Positions 52,591-64,000 of a stretch of DNA of 64,000 nt are shown here, in pieces (position 1 is the first letter of the stretch; each line of letters starts with the position of its first letter). The stretch is taken from positions 11,594,001 through 11,658,000 of the forward strand of contig CM120640.1 in assembly GCA_051362555.1 (NCBI GenBank). The letters are read 5' to 3'. Source of the DNA: Lingula anatina. Its lineage: Eukaryota > Animalia > Brachiopoda. The position numbers and the translations under genes were made by a program. Under the pieces are notes generated by a model. The model did no database searches. It was not told the DNA's origin and saw only the letters and a program-made list of their open reading frames with translations.

Positions 52591-54612
52591 ATGTTCCTTT
52601 TTCTTTTGAGTAGACTGTATATGAGAAGAGTTTACATCATACAATCTTTATTCTTTAAAAACATCTTACATTTACTTGTTGTAAAATGCTAGGTTTTCTC
52701 CCGTAAAATTCACCTATGAAAATTACACAGAAAGATATTTCTTAAAGAAAAGTTTTGTTTTTTGATGATTATTGGGATAATATTCAGCATGGGGCATTTT
52801 TTAACCTACCAACCAAGCTGACATGACACCATGGTCCATTACCGTAGCTTGGTTGCTTGATCACATTGAATTCCTGTGCATAAACCATAAGATGGTGGTG
52901 TAAGGAGCAAGTGGAGTAGGTAGGAAATTTTACAATAGTTAAATGGATCAGTCCATAAAAATCTTTTTATTGTTAATAGTAATTTTTATTTTGTCCTTGT
53001 TATTTTGTCTAGGTAAATTTACATGCACAAGTATCACTGTCTTTATTGTGTGGGTGACAGGGTTTTATCTTAAGATAGATGAAGTTATAGCATGCCCTAA
53101 TGTATCACATGCAGCTCATCTACTAACACTTACTAAGTATAATTTTAAGTTGTGCATGCCACTGTGTATTTTATAAACTCTTCTGATTAATGTGTGTGGT
53201 CTGCAGAATTAAAGAAGTGAGTAAAAAGCATTTGGTTGTGTTACAATTGCCTTAAACCTGGCATCTAGATTAAAAACTTGGGCATTTTTAGAGAGTTATT
53301 AAAATCTGAGAAAGGAGTAAGCAAGAAATGTTCATTTTAGTTGAGAACTAGTGGATGTACAGGCCTGCTTATCCCTGCAAAGGATATATTTGGGGTGCAC
53401 TTCTCTATCCCGAAGGTTTGCAGTTCTGAAAGTTGGCTATTCCGGTACAGATAGAGCTTAAAGATAGCAAACAAAGTAAAGTAAACAAATGGCCAGTGAG
53501 CACTAATGTTTAAAAAGTCAAAGCATTCTTCACGAAATGCAAAAGTTGATATTCTCATTGCACGTACGTTGAGCATTATTACAACAAAGCATAGTTGGGG
53601 GAGTTACACATTATGTTGCATTATAAATCGTAGGAATTACTTATGCGCCAAATCTGCACAAATCACAAAAAAAGTGCAAATATGAGAGAGCCTCCCAAAT
53701 ATGTTTCTTTGGGGACACGGGGGTTAGTGCTTGCCCCAATTATGCAACTAATGCAGCTATTCACATCAATAAACTTTTTTGGGAATACCAAAGCTTTTTT
53801 TTCTCTTCAGAATACCAAACTTGAGGAATAGATTTTAGATCAAGGCTCTTTTATTTTCCAGAATAGCAAACCTTGAGCTGATCCCATTTAATTGTGATGG
53901 AACTTGGGTTACAAATCTAACACTGCTCCAACTACTGATAACTGAAATAAGGAGTTTTGAGGATGTTATGCCTTGCTTTTGACAGATTGAGAAGTTACCA
54001 CATAACTATTTTAATGTCCAGAGCATTTCATCTCTGCAAAATGTTACAGAAGATTTTTTTTATTTTTATCAACCTTTTTCTTTCTAATTTTCTGTCCTAT
54101 TTTCTTTCTTTCTTTGTTTATTTTTTCTTTCTTTCTTTTTGGATAGTAAATAATGTATAAAAAATGAATCTTTTCATCTTTTTACATATAGTCTGCTTGT
54201 CTAAGAAAACATTTGAATTGTACTTGACCTAAGTTCAAGTTGAATATATCACATTCTTGGTGTACAACATGTGGTAGAAATATTACTGGATGTTTAAGCA
54301 GTGGTTGCTATACTTGTAGACCCAATCTTTGATAGATAGTAGGGCAAGAAAAATGTGTGTGACTGTTTTAGCCACTTGAGGGATGTAATTGTGCACACAA
54401 ATTGGAGATGACAGCCAGTGGGGGGATAAGGTAAACACAAATCTTAACTACACTGACAGTAAAACAGTTGTGGAAACTGTAGGAGTTTGACCCCAGCAGC
54501 AACAGGCCTCCAACGGTCCAATAAAACAAAGAGGTAAGAACTGTTTACAGTTTCAGATTTCAAATTGGGAACTCTTAAATACAATCTCAAATGTATGCTG
54601 GGTTTTCTTCAG

Positions 54613-54776
54613 GAAGCAGCAGCCAGAGCCATAACAATAACAAGAAGGAAGATAGAGGGAAAAATGAGGACAGATCTAAGAAGACAGTGAGTGAGCAAAT
54701 GAAAAAAGCGTCCAACGAAACTGCAATGGAGGTGAATTATGAAGCAATTGAAGACGAGGAGGAGCTGACAAGATTG
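54613..54776 (+). CDS. SMTN: smoothelin-like exon 4 (...NYEAIEDEEELTRL)
   Basis: Acceptor ttttcttcag, donor TTG|GTAAAT; phase 1-0; first half of motif 3; lies in ORF 54591-54806. Confidence 0.85.
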
Positions 54777-56874
54777 GTAAATTTCTTTAAGAAAATGTCA
54801 CTTTGAGGATTTGCTTTGAAGTAGTGTAAACATTTGTTGAAGATTGATATGTCTCTACATCTGTCATCTTCAAATGATGATGCTCATGCCAACATTGATA
54901 AGATTTTTTATAGAAATAGACATTTATCATGTCATGCCCTTGTATTCAAATTTCCATCACTTGACAGTCAGCCTTAGAACTTATTTGCATCTATGCAAGA
55001 CAATATTACAGTAATTGTCTGGAATGTATGCATTAAGTAATGGAGAAAAGATTCATAATATTATAAGTCCCTTAATCATGTCTTGTGTCTTTTTCTCATA
55101 TATCTTCTTTATAAATATATAAGCACTACAAAACCATAACTGTTGATCATATCACAGAATAGGCATATTAGTCATTGCTTGTATTTTGTTTATGTGTGTG
55201 CCTACTATGCTGTGATGGAAAGTTTAAAGGATAAAGACTGTTTAGCATTCCCCACAGCAAGTGTGATTTCCATGTCCATTAACCCAGTCATATGCTATCT
55301 TCAGCCTGCACATCTGATCTGATACTTGGTCTCAGTCTAGTGTGGTAACCACATTCTGCTCTATGCCAACAATAGACAAGCTAATATGTAAAGTCTGTTG
55401 TGTAAGAGGGAGAAAAGCTTCAAGGGATATACATGTCTGGCTGGTAATTAAGATTGCTCTGTTGCAGAATTTCAGCATGTGTCATGAGAGATGTTGGAGA
55501 GCACCTGCATGACAAATGAGTGGTTGTTACACTGTTATGATGGATTGAAATGTCACCTTCTTGTATCTAACCAGTCACCTGTGTCAGTAGGGATAAACAG
55601 TTTTTTTGACCCTCCTCTTATTTGACCTTGTTTAGAACTTCATTTAATCATTTCAGTGTGGCTTGCACTTTAAAAAAGACCTTTTAACTATTAAAAAGGA
55701 GACACTGCCAATTTATGGCTGGAAAGTTGATCCCATGTGAGATGCTTGATAAAATGCTTCCCCATAAAAAGTGCACTCTTTCCTGTTATTGACATTTTGT
55801 GTTCATGCATCTGAAAGTGGTATTTTTAGCACAATTGTGTTTTTTAAGTTGGTTTATTTTTTGCTGTGTGTGTGTATGTGTGTGTACGTGCGTGCATCCC
55901 TATATTCACACACATGTTCATGATCTTGACTATAAGGTCCCTTACATATATACTGTTCTTAACAGTGAGTATTTGGGTATATTACATATGGAGGTAACTT
56001 GGTTTGCTGTATGCACAGGATGCTGTGTAACCTTTCTCACTTTTGGCTGTCTTTGATGTGCAGTGCAATATGTAATGTCTGCAGCATAAGGTATACCACC
56101 AGATGTGATAAGCCCTATTTGTTTTCGCTCCACATTTAACCCTTTCTGTTTACCCATCAGAATTGACATCCAAATTGACAATTAGACCCCATTCCCATTG
56201 ATGCCATTGGTCTACGTAGATCGATCCAACTCCATGGTGACTTTCTCTGAATGCAATTAGTTTAACAGATTAACATGTAACTTCTTGATGTAAAGTAGAA
56301 TACAGAAAAGCTTGTGATTATACCAGTACTTCCGCAGCAAGAGGAAACCTGTCTTTCAGTTAACCTGATTGCACTCAGCGAGAGTCCCTGCAGAGTTCGA
56401 AAGTTTAACATGGTCCAAATATTTGCATCATTTTACTGGTATGTGTGGTTAAGTCAAAATGTTAAAAAAAAACCTTTCATTATAGTTTTTTGGTTGTCTT
56501 TTTTTTTTTTTTTTTTTGTTGTTGAGCTGTTTAATTCCAGATTTTAAGGTAACAAGAGAAGTGATGTGATTTAGGTTGTTGTTTTATATTAGTGTCACAC
56601 AGGTGACAAGGGCAGTAAACTGGTGTGACCTTCCAGTGCTGCAGACTTCTTGTACACATAGTATATATGCACATTTTACAACAAAAAATTGAAATCTTAC
56701 ATAAAAATTTCTCAGTTTATTAATTGTATATTAAGCTTGGTTATATATGGTAAAAAAAAGATTTTAGTTATTAACCCACGTTCTGATATGTGCTATACAA
56801 TCTTCTTTTAGTAGCTTATATTTAAAAAAATTAGAATAGATATCATATATTGTATAGTTATCACCCTTAGACTT

Positions 56875-59488
56875 CATTGTACCACCAGCGTAGGCGCTGG
56901 CGGTACTCATGGTTTTAGTCCCGACCCGTATGTTCCGCCGGCTCCGACGGCTCCTGCGGCTCCGCCGGCTCCTGCAGCTCCGCCGGCTCCTGCGGCTCCG
57001 CCGCCAAGTCACCGTTACCGCTTCTCCTCCTAGACGGTAAGGGCCTCCATACCCATCTCTTGGATTTAGGTCACCTATAATCTCAACTCGTTCCACGTAA
57101 AATTTGGGCTTTGTCGGTATTGGGGTCTAGGTGTGGCACTCATTGCAATGCACCCTTGTCCAAAAATGGCAAAATTAAATGCTAATTATCTCCCCTACGG
57201 AAGGAATTATGGGAAAAATTTCTACAGACAGCTTTCCAAAAGTCATATGTGTAGATTTCAAATATGCCCTTGGATTTGACCTTTGACCTTTATTTCAAGG
57301 TCAAACGGGCCAAAATTTTCAAAAAAACAAAATTTTTGCCGAAAAAAAATTTTTTTGCGCTCTTATTCAGACACCACACAGACTTAACTAATAATATTAA
57401 TGGAAAGTGTTACCCTTCGGGTCATCTTTCATCTCCGTGAATTTGGGGTCAATCGGTGCATTTTCACGGGAGTAGCGGCCATAAGATATCAAAACTGAAA
57501 ATTGTCTCTAATTCGGGAACCGTTAATGCTAGACACCCATTCTTTTTTGCATTTTGTAGAGCATGTAAAGCCCAACACTGGAGGTGGTCTCCGTTTTTTT
57601 GTATTCCATACGGTTTTCGAGTTACGCTTTATCAAAAAGTCATATACTGGTGGTGAAAGCAAAATGTGCGGGCTTGGCAAAGCAGACAACTTGTGGTCAA
57701 AAATGACATTATTTCATCAAATTTGAACATCTGGAACTTCAAAGCACCTCCCATTTCAAGAATTTTGACCAAAATGACCTTTTCTTTATCTTAATTAATT
57801 TTTTTCTGTAGGAAATTTATGGCACACTATGGTAACTCCAAAATTATACCATTTAGTACCTTATATCTCCAAAACTGGCAGAGATAGGTCCATAGTTACT
57901 ATTGAAGTTGAAAAGGAAGTCATATACTGGCAATCTAAATGTGACCTTAAAATTGACCTTTGACCTACTTTTCACCATGAACTGAACTTTGTAAATTTTG
58001 CGTCCCTTTTATCTCCAAAACTGGCAGAGATAGGTCCATAGTTACTATTGAACTTGAATAGGAAGTCATATGCTGGCAATCTGAATGTGACCTTAAAATT
58101 GACCTTTGACCTACTTTTCACCATGAACTAACCTTTGCAAATTTTGTTTCCCTTTTATCTCCAAAACTGGCAGAGATAAGTCCATAGCTACTATTGAACT
58201 TGAATAGGAAGTCATATACTGGCAATCTAAATGTGACCTTGAAATTGACCTTTGACCTACTTTTCACCATGAACTAACCTTTGCAAATTTTGCGTCCCTT
58301 TTATCTCCAAAACTGGCAGAGATAGGTCCATAGTTACTATTGAAGTTGAATGGGAAGTCATATACTGGCAATCTAAATGTGACCTTGAAATTGACCTTGA
58401 CCTACTTTTCACCATGAACTAACCTTTGCAAATTTTGTTTCCCTTTTATCTCCAAAACTGGCAGAGATAGGTCCATAGTTACTATTGAACTTGAATGGGA
58501 AGTCATATACTGGCAATCTAAATGTGACCTTGAAATTGACCTTTGACCTACTTTTCACCATGAACTAACCTTTGCAAATTTTGTTGCCCTTTTATCTCCA
58601 AAACTGGCAGAGATAGGTCCATAGTTACTATTGAACTTGAATAGGAAGTCATATACTGGCAATCCAAATGTGACCTTGAAATTGACCTTTGACCTACTTT
58701 TCACCATGAACTGAACTTGCAAATTTTGCTGCCCTTTTATCTCCAAATCTGGCAGAGATAGGTCCATAGTTACTATTGAACGTTGATAGGAAGTCATACA
58801 CTGGCAATCTAAATGTGACCTTGAAATTGACCTTTGACCTACTTTTCACCATGAACTGATCTTTGCAAATTTTGCTTCCCTTTTATCTCCAAAACTGGCA
58901 GAGATAGGTCCATAGTTACTATTGAACTTTAATAGGAAGTCATATACTGGCAATCTTAACGTGACCTTGAAATTGTCCTTTGACCTACTTTTCACCATGA
59001 ACTGAACTTTGCAAATTTTGCTTCCCTTTTATCTCCCAAACTGGCAGAGATAGGTCCAAAGTTACTATTGAAGTTGAATAGGAAGTCATATACTAGCAAT
59101 CTAAATGTGACCTTAAAATTGACCTTTGACCTACTTTTCACCTTGAACTGAACTCTGCTAATTTCTTTCTCTTTTAACTCCTAACCTGGCAGAGATAGGT
59201 CCATTGTTACTATTGAACTTGAATAGGAAGTCATATACTGGCAATCTTACTGTGAAATTGACCTTTGACCTACCTTTTGATGAACTTAACTTTGATTGTA
59301 CCATTTTAAGTTATATATATATTTTTTGCATATTTTGAAAATTCTTGTTGATTGCATTTTTACAGCTTGTCAAGCAAAAGACTGGTGGCTGTGTCCCTTA
59401 TTTTGTGTATGTGGGGGTCTATACAAATGCGTTTGCTCCAGCTGGTGGTACAATATTCGGAGGCGGTATCGCCTCTCTGATCCTCTAG
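56875..59488 (+). mobile_element. HINE family A, full-length copy inverted relative to 10110-12446
   Basis: Starts ATTGTACCACCAGCGTAGGCGCTGGCGGTAC; expanded 9-bp CGGCTCCNN repeat at 56935-57004; ~10 x 146-bp units at ~57860-59295; ends GCTGGTGGTACAATA...GAGGCGGTATCGCCTC...CTAG. Confidence 0.85.
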
Positions 59489-59505
59489 TTTGCTGTTGTT
59501 TTCAG

Positions 59506-59575
59506 CTCAATGCTACAGATGATTATTTTGTAAAGAAGAAGATCAGGGCAGCTTTGAGGGGACTGAGGAAGAAAG
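59506..59575 (+). CDS. SMTN: smoothelin-like exon 5 (LNATDDYFVKKKIRAALRGLRKK)
   Basis: Acceptor gttgttttcag, donor AAG|GTAATT; 70 nt, phase 0-1; second half of motif 3. Confidence 0.85.
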
Positions 59576-60006
59576 GTAATTATTCTCTCAGAAACTTTCA
59601 AAGCAACAATATTTACTTAAAGAGCAGGGTTGCAAAACATGGTTTCCATAGATAGAAGACTGTTTTTACACTGTATAATGAAAGGAAGGGAATTTCTGCT
59701 TTGTTTTGTGATTAATTGAGAGGGTAGATTTAAGTCCTTGATTTATGATTGGTCACTCTCAGTGCTTGGCCAAAAACAGTGTTATTACAGATCTGTACAT
59801 TTGGCCATCCTTAAAAATTTGATTTAATCTTGATTATTTGGTTGCCTGGCCCTTCAATACAAACAGCATGGACATCGCCTGAAGCTTGTAACTACCCATG
59901 CATGGCAAGTTTGGAGAAGTACACAAAATGCTTTCTGACAGTTTAGTGATATTTAAGTTGATTCTTAGATATGCACAAGTAGATTCATTGCAACCTCTAT
60001 CTTCAG

Positions 60007-60143
60007 GTGAAACAGTTGAGCAGATGCCAGCAAGAAAATCCAGTGCTGTCTCCATTGTTACAAACAAGGCCAACCAAGATACGAAAAAAATCAGCTCAGT
60101 GAATGTAAAGGACATCCAAGATGAACAAACACTGGAAAAGATG
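60007..60143 (+). CDS. SMTN: smoothelin-like exon 6 (...VNVKDIQDEQTLEKM)
   Basis: Acceptor ctctatcttcag gives the required phase 1; donor ATG|GTAACA; first half of motif 4. Confidence 0.85.
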
Positions 60144-62264
60144 GTAACACTTATGAAAACATGTGCTTTTGTCATTCTAGCTTCTTTCTTCTATCTTTTG
60201 AATTAATCTGTAATATAATATGTTTACCTTCTTCAGCCTCCCTTGGTGTGTATCTTCTATTACTGGAGGTTGCATCAAGTAACTGTGATCTCCGATCTGT
60301 GATGATAACATTTTAGTGCCTGTAAGAATGGAATTGTAGGCTCTTGTTTCCTTAAAAAACTGTTGTTGCAGCCTAACAATGTTTGCTATCTTTTTACTGC
60401 TTAAATGGTAGTTTCCTTAAATAGTGCCTTATCATGTTAAACCTAAGCTCTTGTTCATTTTGTGCATTATTCACTGTCTTTTGTTGTAAATATCTTACAG
60501 CATTGTTTCTGTTTTCACTCTTTTCTTAGCGGAATACACTGACAAAACTTCACAAAGAGGTATCAGTATTTCTTTCCTCATTGTCACTTTTTCATTTCAT
60601 CTTTACTGTAACATCTGATAGTCTTTCTTTTTTGATATTCTTATTACAGTATTATGTAGAAAATATTTTTGTAGAAAATGTATTCAGTTTTTAGCAGATC
60701 ATTTTGACCATCATTAAAAAGACCTCCAGTAATGGTTCAAGTCTATTTGTGATATTTTAACAAAACATTCTGTGGTATAAATTGAAAGATGCCAGTAGAG
60801 CATTTGTATATATTGATGTACTGCAATTATTTCTTCATTAATTTGTAGGGACTTCATGATCATATATAATTTGTTTTGGGATTGATAAATGTTTTATGTC
60901 TGGAGCTTGCCATGCTAAAACAGAAAGCAAAATAAAGCATGGAATTTAATAATAATTGAAGTGAGGCTTGACATTTATTTTAGTGGTAAGCAGAAAAATA
61001 TGTTTAGAAATTATCCAGAGGAAGTGTTTAGAAACAGTGTTTTGAATGGATGAATGCTTAATGTTTGCTGCATGGAGTAATTTGTGGCAGTAATTTACAC
61101 TGTACATTTATGCAATTTATTTTTGAAAGATTTCATTTTTATCCTAAGTTTTAGGTGGTGTTATATGTACTCACTTACATTCACACCTAACATAATGTTG
61201 TTTTTTTTTGAGAAGTTAGTAGAAAAAAGGTAGTTTCATAGAGAACATTGTAGTTGAAAGGGTATATGTGTAGTTAAAGCTTGCTTGGGTATAGATTTAC
61301 ATGGGTATTTTCTGCTCTTTGTGGTGGTAAGGTATAAATAACTGGATATATTTTTAAGATATATTTTTTCAAGACAGTTCTTAGGCAGCATAGTTTATTG
61401 ATCCACAGCATGTAGTTGTAGGGAATGAATCACTTAGCAGCAGGTGGTTGTATCAAATGAGTTAACATGATTAGAAGATCAGGTTCAAATTTCAGTCTCT
61501 TGCTGTAGTACATTGCTGGCAGTATTCCATTTATATCCCATTAAATTGTTTCATAGAATTTAGTAGACTTTGGTTTCTTTCAAGCCAGCTTTTTTATGGA
61601 ATTTTATAAAGGAGTTATAAAATGGTTCTCAACCATGAAGGTGCTTAAAGGGATAATAACTCTTCGTATGAGATCTATATTTCACAATAAAAACATTGTG
61701 AACAACTCATAAAAGTATAATATTTTCTGTTGTACCACAAAATCGGCAGTTACAGCTATTATTCTGATATCAGAGCTTGTCTTTAGACCACGTGACCTCC
61801 ATTGATGGCTATGCTCTGTTATAATCTCTTAAGAGATTTTAACAAAAAACCAAACTTTTTAGAAAAAAACCAGGGACTAACTTTGAATGTAAAAATGGAT
61901 TCATTAAACATTGGTAAGTATGGGAAAATTGTTGTGTACTCCAGGAAAATTCATTTTTTGGCCAAAACGAAGAGTTATTATACCTTTAAGTCTAAAGCAG
62001 TAGTTGATTTCAGATCAAGTGCAAGTACTAGTCTATGAAATAAAATACTGCAATTTGAGGTGCATTGGAAAATTTGGCAATGATAAAAATTATGTTGAAG
62101 GTAAATACCAATATTGGTGAAAGGGTATCAGGATGTTTTATAACCATATTACAAATGTTTGTTCTTGGGTTGAATATAGTGGCTGTGCTGTCCCCATTTG
62201 TCAGTTTTCCATGATGCAAGTGAAGTATACTTTGTGTAAAGGACTATACTGAAATATTTTCCAG

Positions 62265-62340
62265 CTTGAAGAAACACGTGATTTTGATAAGAGGAGAGAA
62301 ATAAGAGCAGCAATGCGGGAACTGAGGGCAAAGATAAGGG
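62265..62340 (+). CDS. SMTN: smoothelin-like exon 7 (LEETRDFDKRREIRAAMRELRAKIR)
   Basis: Acceptor atattttccag, donor GGG|GTAATG; 76 nt, phase 0-1; second half of motif 4. Confidence 0.9.
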
Positions 62341-62672
62341 GTAATGTTAAATTTTACTTGTATCTTCTTGTGCTGAATAATCCATACAAGCCAAATTTAT
62401 TTTAATGACTAATTTGTGGGGTGATGGATGGAGCTATAAGAGTCAGATGGAGGACTTAGTATTAGATACTGCACCTGGCATCATTTCCTAAGTTTCTTTG
62501 TCTGTTAATATGACCAAACCATTGAGATTATGGTTAAGATGATAAAAATTGAATAATAGGATGTGTATGATATTCGTTATCTTAGACATATACATTGGGT
62601 GCTTGATGTTAAAATGGTTATAGAATTTGTAAGCTTGTCAAATAAGTTGAATAATATATCCTACTCTTTTAG

Positions 62673-63854
62673 ATGGAAAGGTTCAGTCTGCCACAAATGA
62701 TACTTCTTCAAAGATAAGCCCCAGGGAGCAGACAACATCAAAATCAGCAAAGAAGTCTATAGTCCAGGAAGTCAAAGCTGATGCACCTAAGAAAGTATCA
62801 AGTGTGACAGCAAACAGCCACTTGCCACAAGATAATAAAAAAGAAACAGAGCAACAGAAATCCCCATTTTCTCCTATACTTCAAGAAGCCACAGATATTG
62901 GAGAAGCTCAAGTCTCTCTTGAAACAGAAAAGTCTAATGACATGGTCAGTGAAAAAGCTGCAGTGCCATCTGAGGTATGTGACGAAACAGAAAATAACAT
63001 TGTATTACTTCCAGATTTCACAGATACAACCAGTAATGTGAAGGTCACAAAGTCAAATGATGGAACTGTCACCATAGAACAATGTAAGGAAGAGGATGGA
63101 GGTTTGAAGAAAGTGTCCATGTCTTTCAAGCAAAAAAGGACTGACAGTCAGTCTGATGAAGTGGAAAAGGATACAGTAGTCATCACAGAGAAGGAGGAGC
63201 CGGATGGTGAAAAGATAGAAGAAAAAGAAGAAGTTATCACCAAGAAGAAACTCAGTTCAAAGGGATCCTTTTTAGTGAAGCGAGATACTAAAGTAAGCAC
63301 CAAGTATCGCACTAAAAGTGGAACAGAATTTATTGATGAGGAGATTCTCACAGAAGAAGATTCTAAATCTGTCTCCAAGGGAACAGCATCACATATGGAA
63401 ATGCATAGCACCATTCACAAGGAAAAACCAACTGGTAAATTAGAACTCAAAGATGCAAACACAGAGGCAGAAAAGGAGGTATTTGTAGCAAGTGATAAAG
63501 AAAGCCAGAATGATAAGATTCAGCAAGTTAAAGAAAATTCAGACATTTCTGATACTGCTGATGCAAGCGCGAGTGGAGAAAGGGATTCTACAATCACTCA
63601 GTTATCAGAAAACCAATTTTGTAATGTTTCATCCAGGCAAAATGAAGTTGACATTAAAGATGTTCAAGTAAAAGAAGAGGGTTCTACAAAGGATAGTCAA
63701 CAGAAAAGAGAAATTGGCTCTACAGCTGAAGGTCTACATGTTGCTGAAGCAGTCAGAGATCTTTCCAAGAGAAGCAGTGGATATGGCAGTGATAAAGATG
63801 CATCTGAGGAAGATGTTAAAGATGACATTTTTGAAGAAAAATTGAAAGACGCTG
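62673..63854 (+). CDS. SMTN: smoothelin-like exon 8, long E/K/S/T-rich low-complexity region; gene continues beyond the window
   Basis: Acceptor ctactcttttag (phase 1), in frame with ORF 62804-63862; donor G|GTGAGT at 63855. Confidence 0.85.
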
Positions 63855-64000
63855 GTGAGTGAGTACTAAGGTTCACCATTTTAAACTTTTCTGAACATAT
63901 TGGAAGAAGTTATGATTTCGGACATATATTTCTAAGATATATCACCATGACCATATATAAATTGTCTAGAAATTCAAAATGTGATTCTATGTGCTAATTT

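Noticed and set aside
54372-54533. Purine-rich segment ending in GAG|GTAAGA as an extra smoothelin exon
   Set aside because: There is a stop in the phase-compatible frame and no matching acceptor.
56764-57096. Protamine-like ORF (RRSRRSRRSCRSRR...)
   Set aside because: It is the translation of the 9-bp microsatellite inside the HINE element.
59969-60006. Upstream acceptor (attcttag) for exon 6
   Set aside because: Phase 2, incompatible with the phase-1 end of exon 5. The acceptor at 60007 fits.
62908-63879. Antisense ORFs over exon 8 (and 5385-5778 over the minus-strand exon)
   Set aside because: Shadow ORFs of the real coding strand.

Overview
AT-rich, CpG-depleted eukaryotic DNA. The repeat content suggests a marine invertebrate, probably a mollusc (inference). 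Two spliced genes are transcribed head-to-head from a CpG-enriched region at ~36.2-36.9 kb. (1) Plus strand: a smoothelin-like gene starting at ATG 36858, with 8 phase-compatible exons up to 63854, continuing beyond the window. It has four smoothelin-type motifs (I-x-D-E-x-x-L-x-x-M/L | L-x-x-x-x-D/N-F/Y-x-x-R/K-R/K-x-I-R-A), each split by a phase-0 intron at the same position. (2) Minus strand: an unrecognised, charged, low-complexity gene of ~486 aa, built from exons 15273-14850, 6890-6820, a 10-nt micro-exon 6500-6491, 6004-5071 and 4777-4756. An upstream reading frame meets the main frame at an A_AAA_AAG heptamer (-1 shift, missing base or overlapping uORF). Introns hold many non-autonomous transposons: a Helentron/HINE-like family with a ~146-bp internal satellite (5 copies, all co-oriented with host transcription, one ending 17 nt before a smoothelin exon), a 2.2-kb TA-TSD element with a matching empty site elsewhere in the window, Harbinger-, hAT- and Kolobok-like MITEs (one stack nested three deep) and a 257-bp near-perfect palindrome. 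I recognised no autonomous transposase, RNA gene or CRISPR array. All gene models were read by eye and need RNA-seq confirmation.
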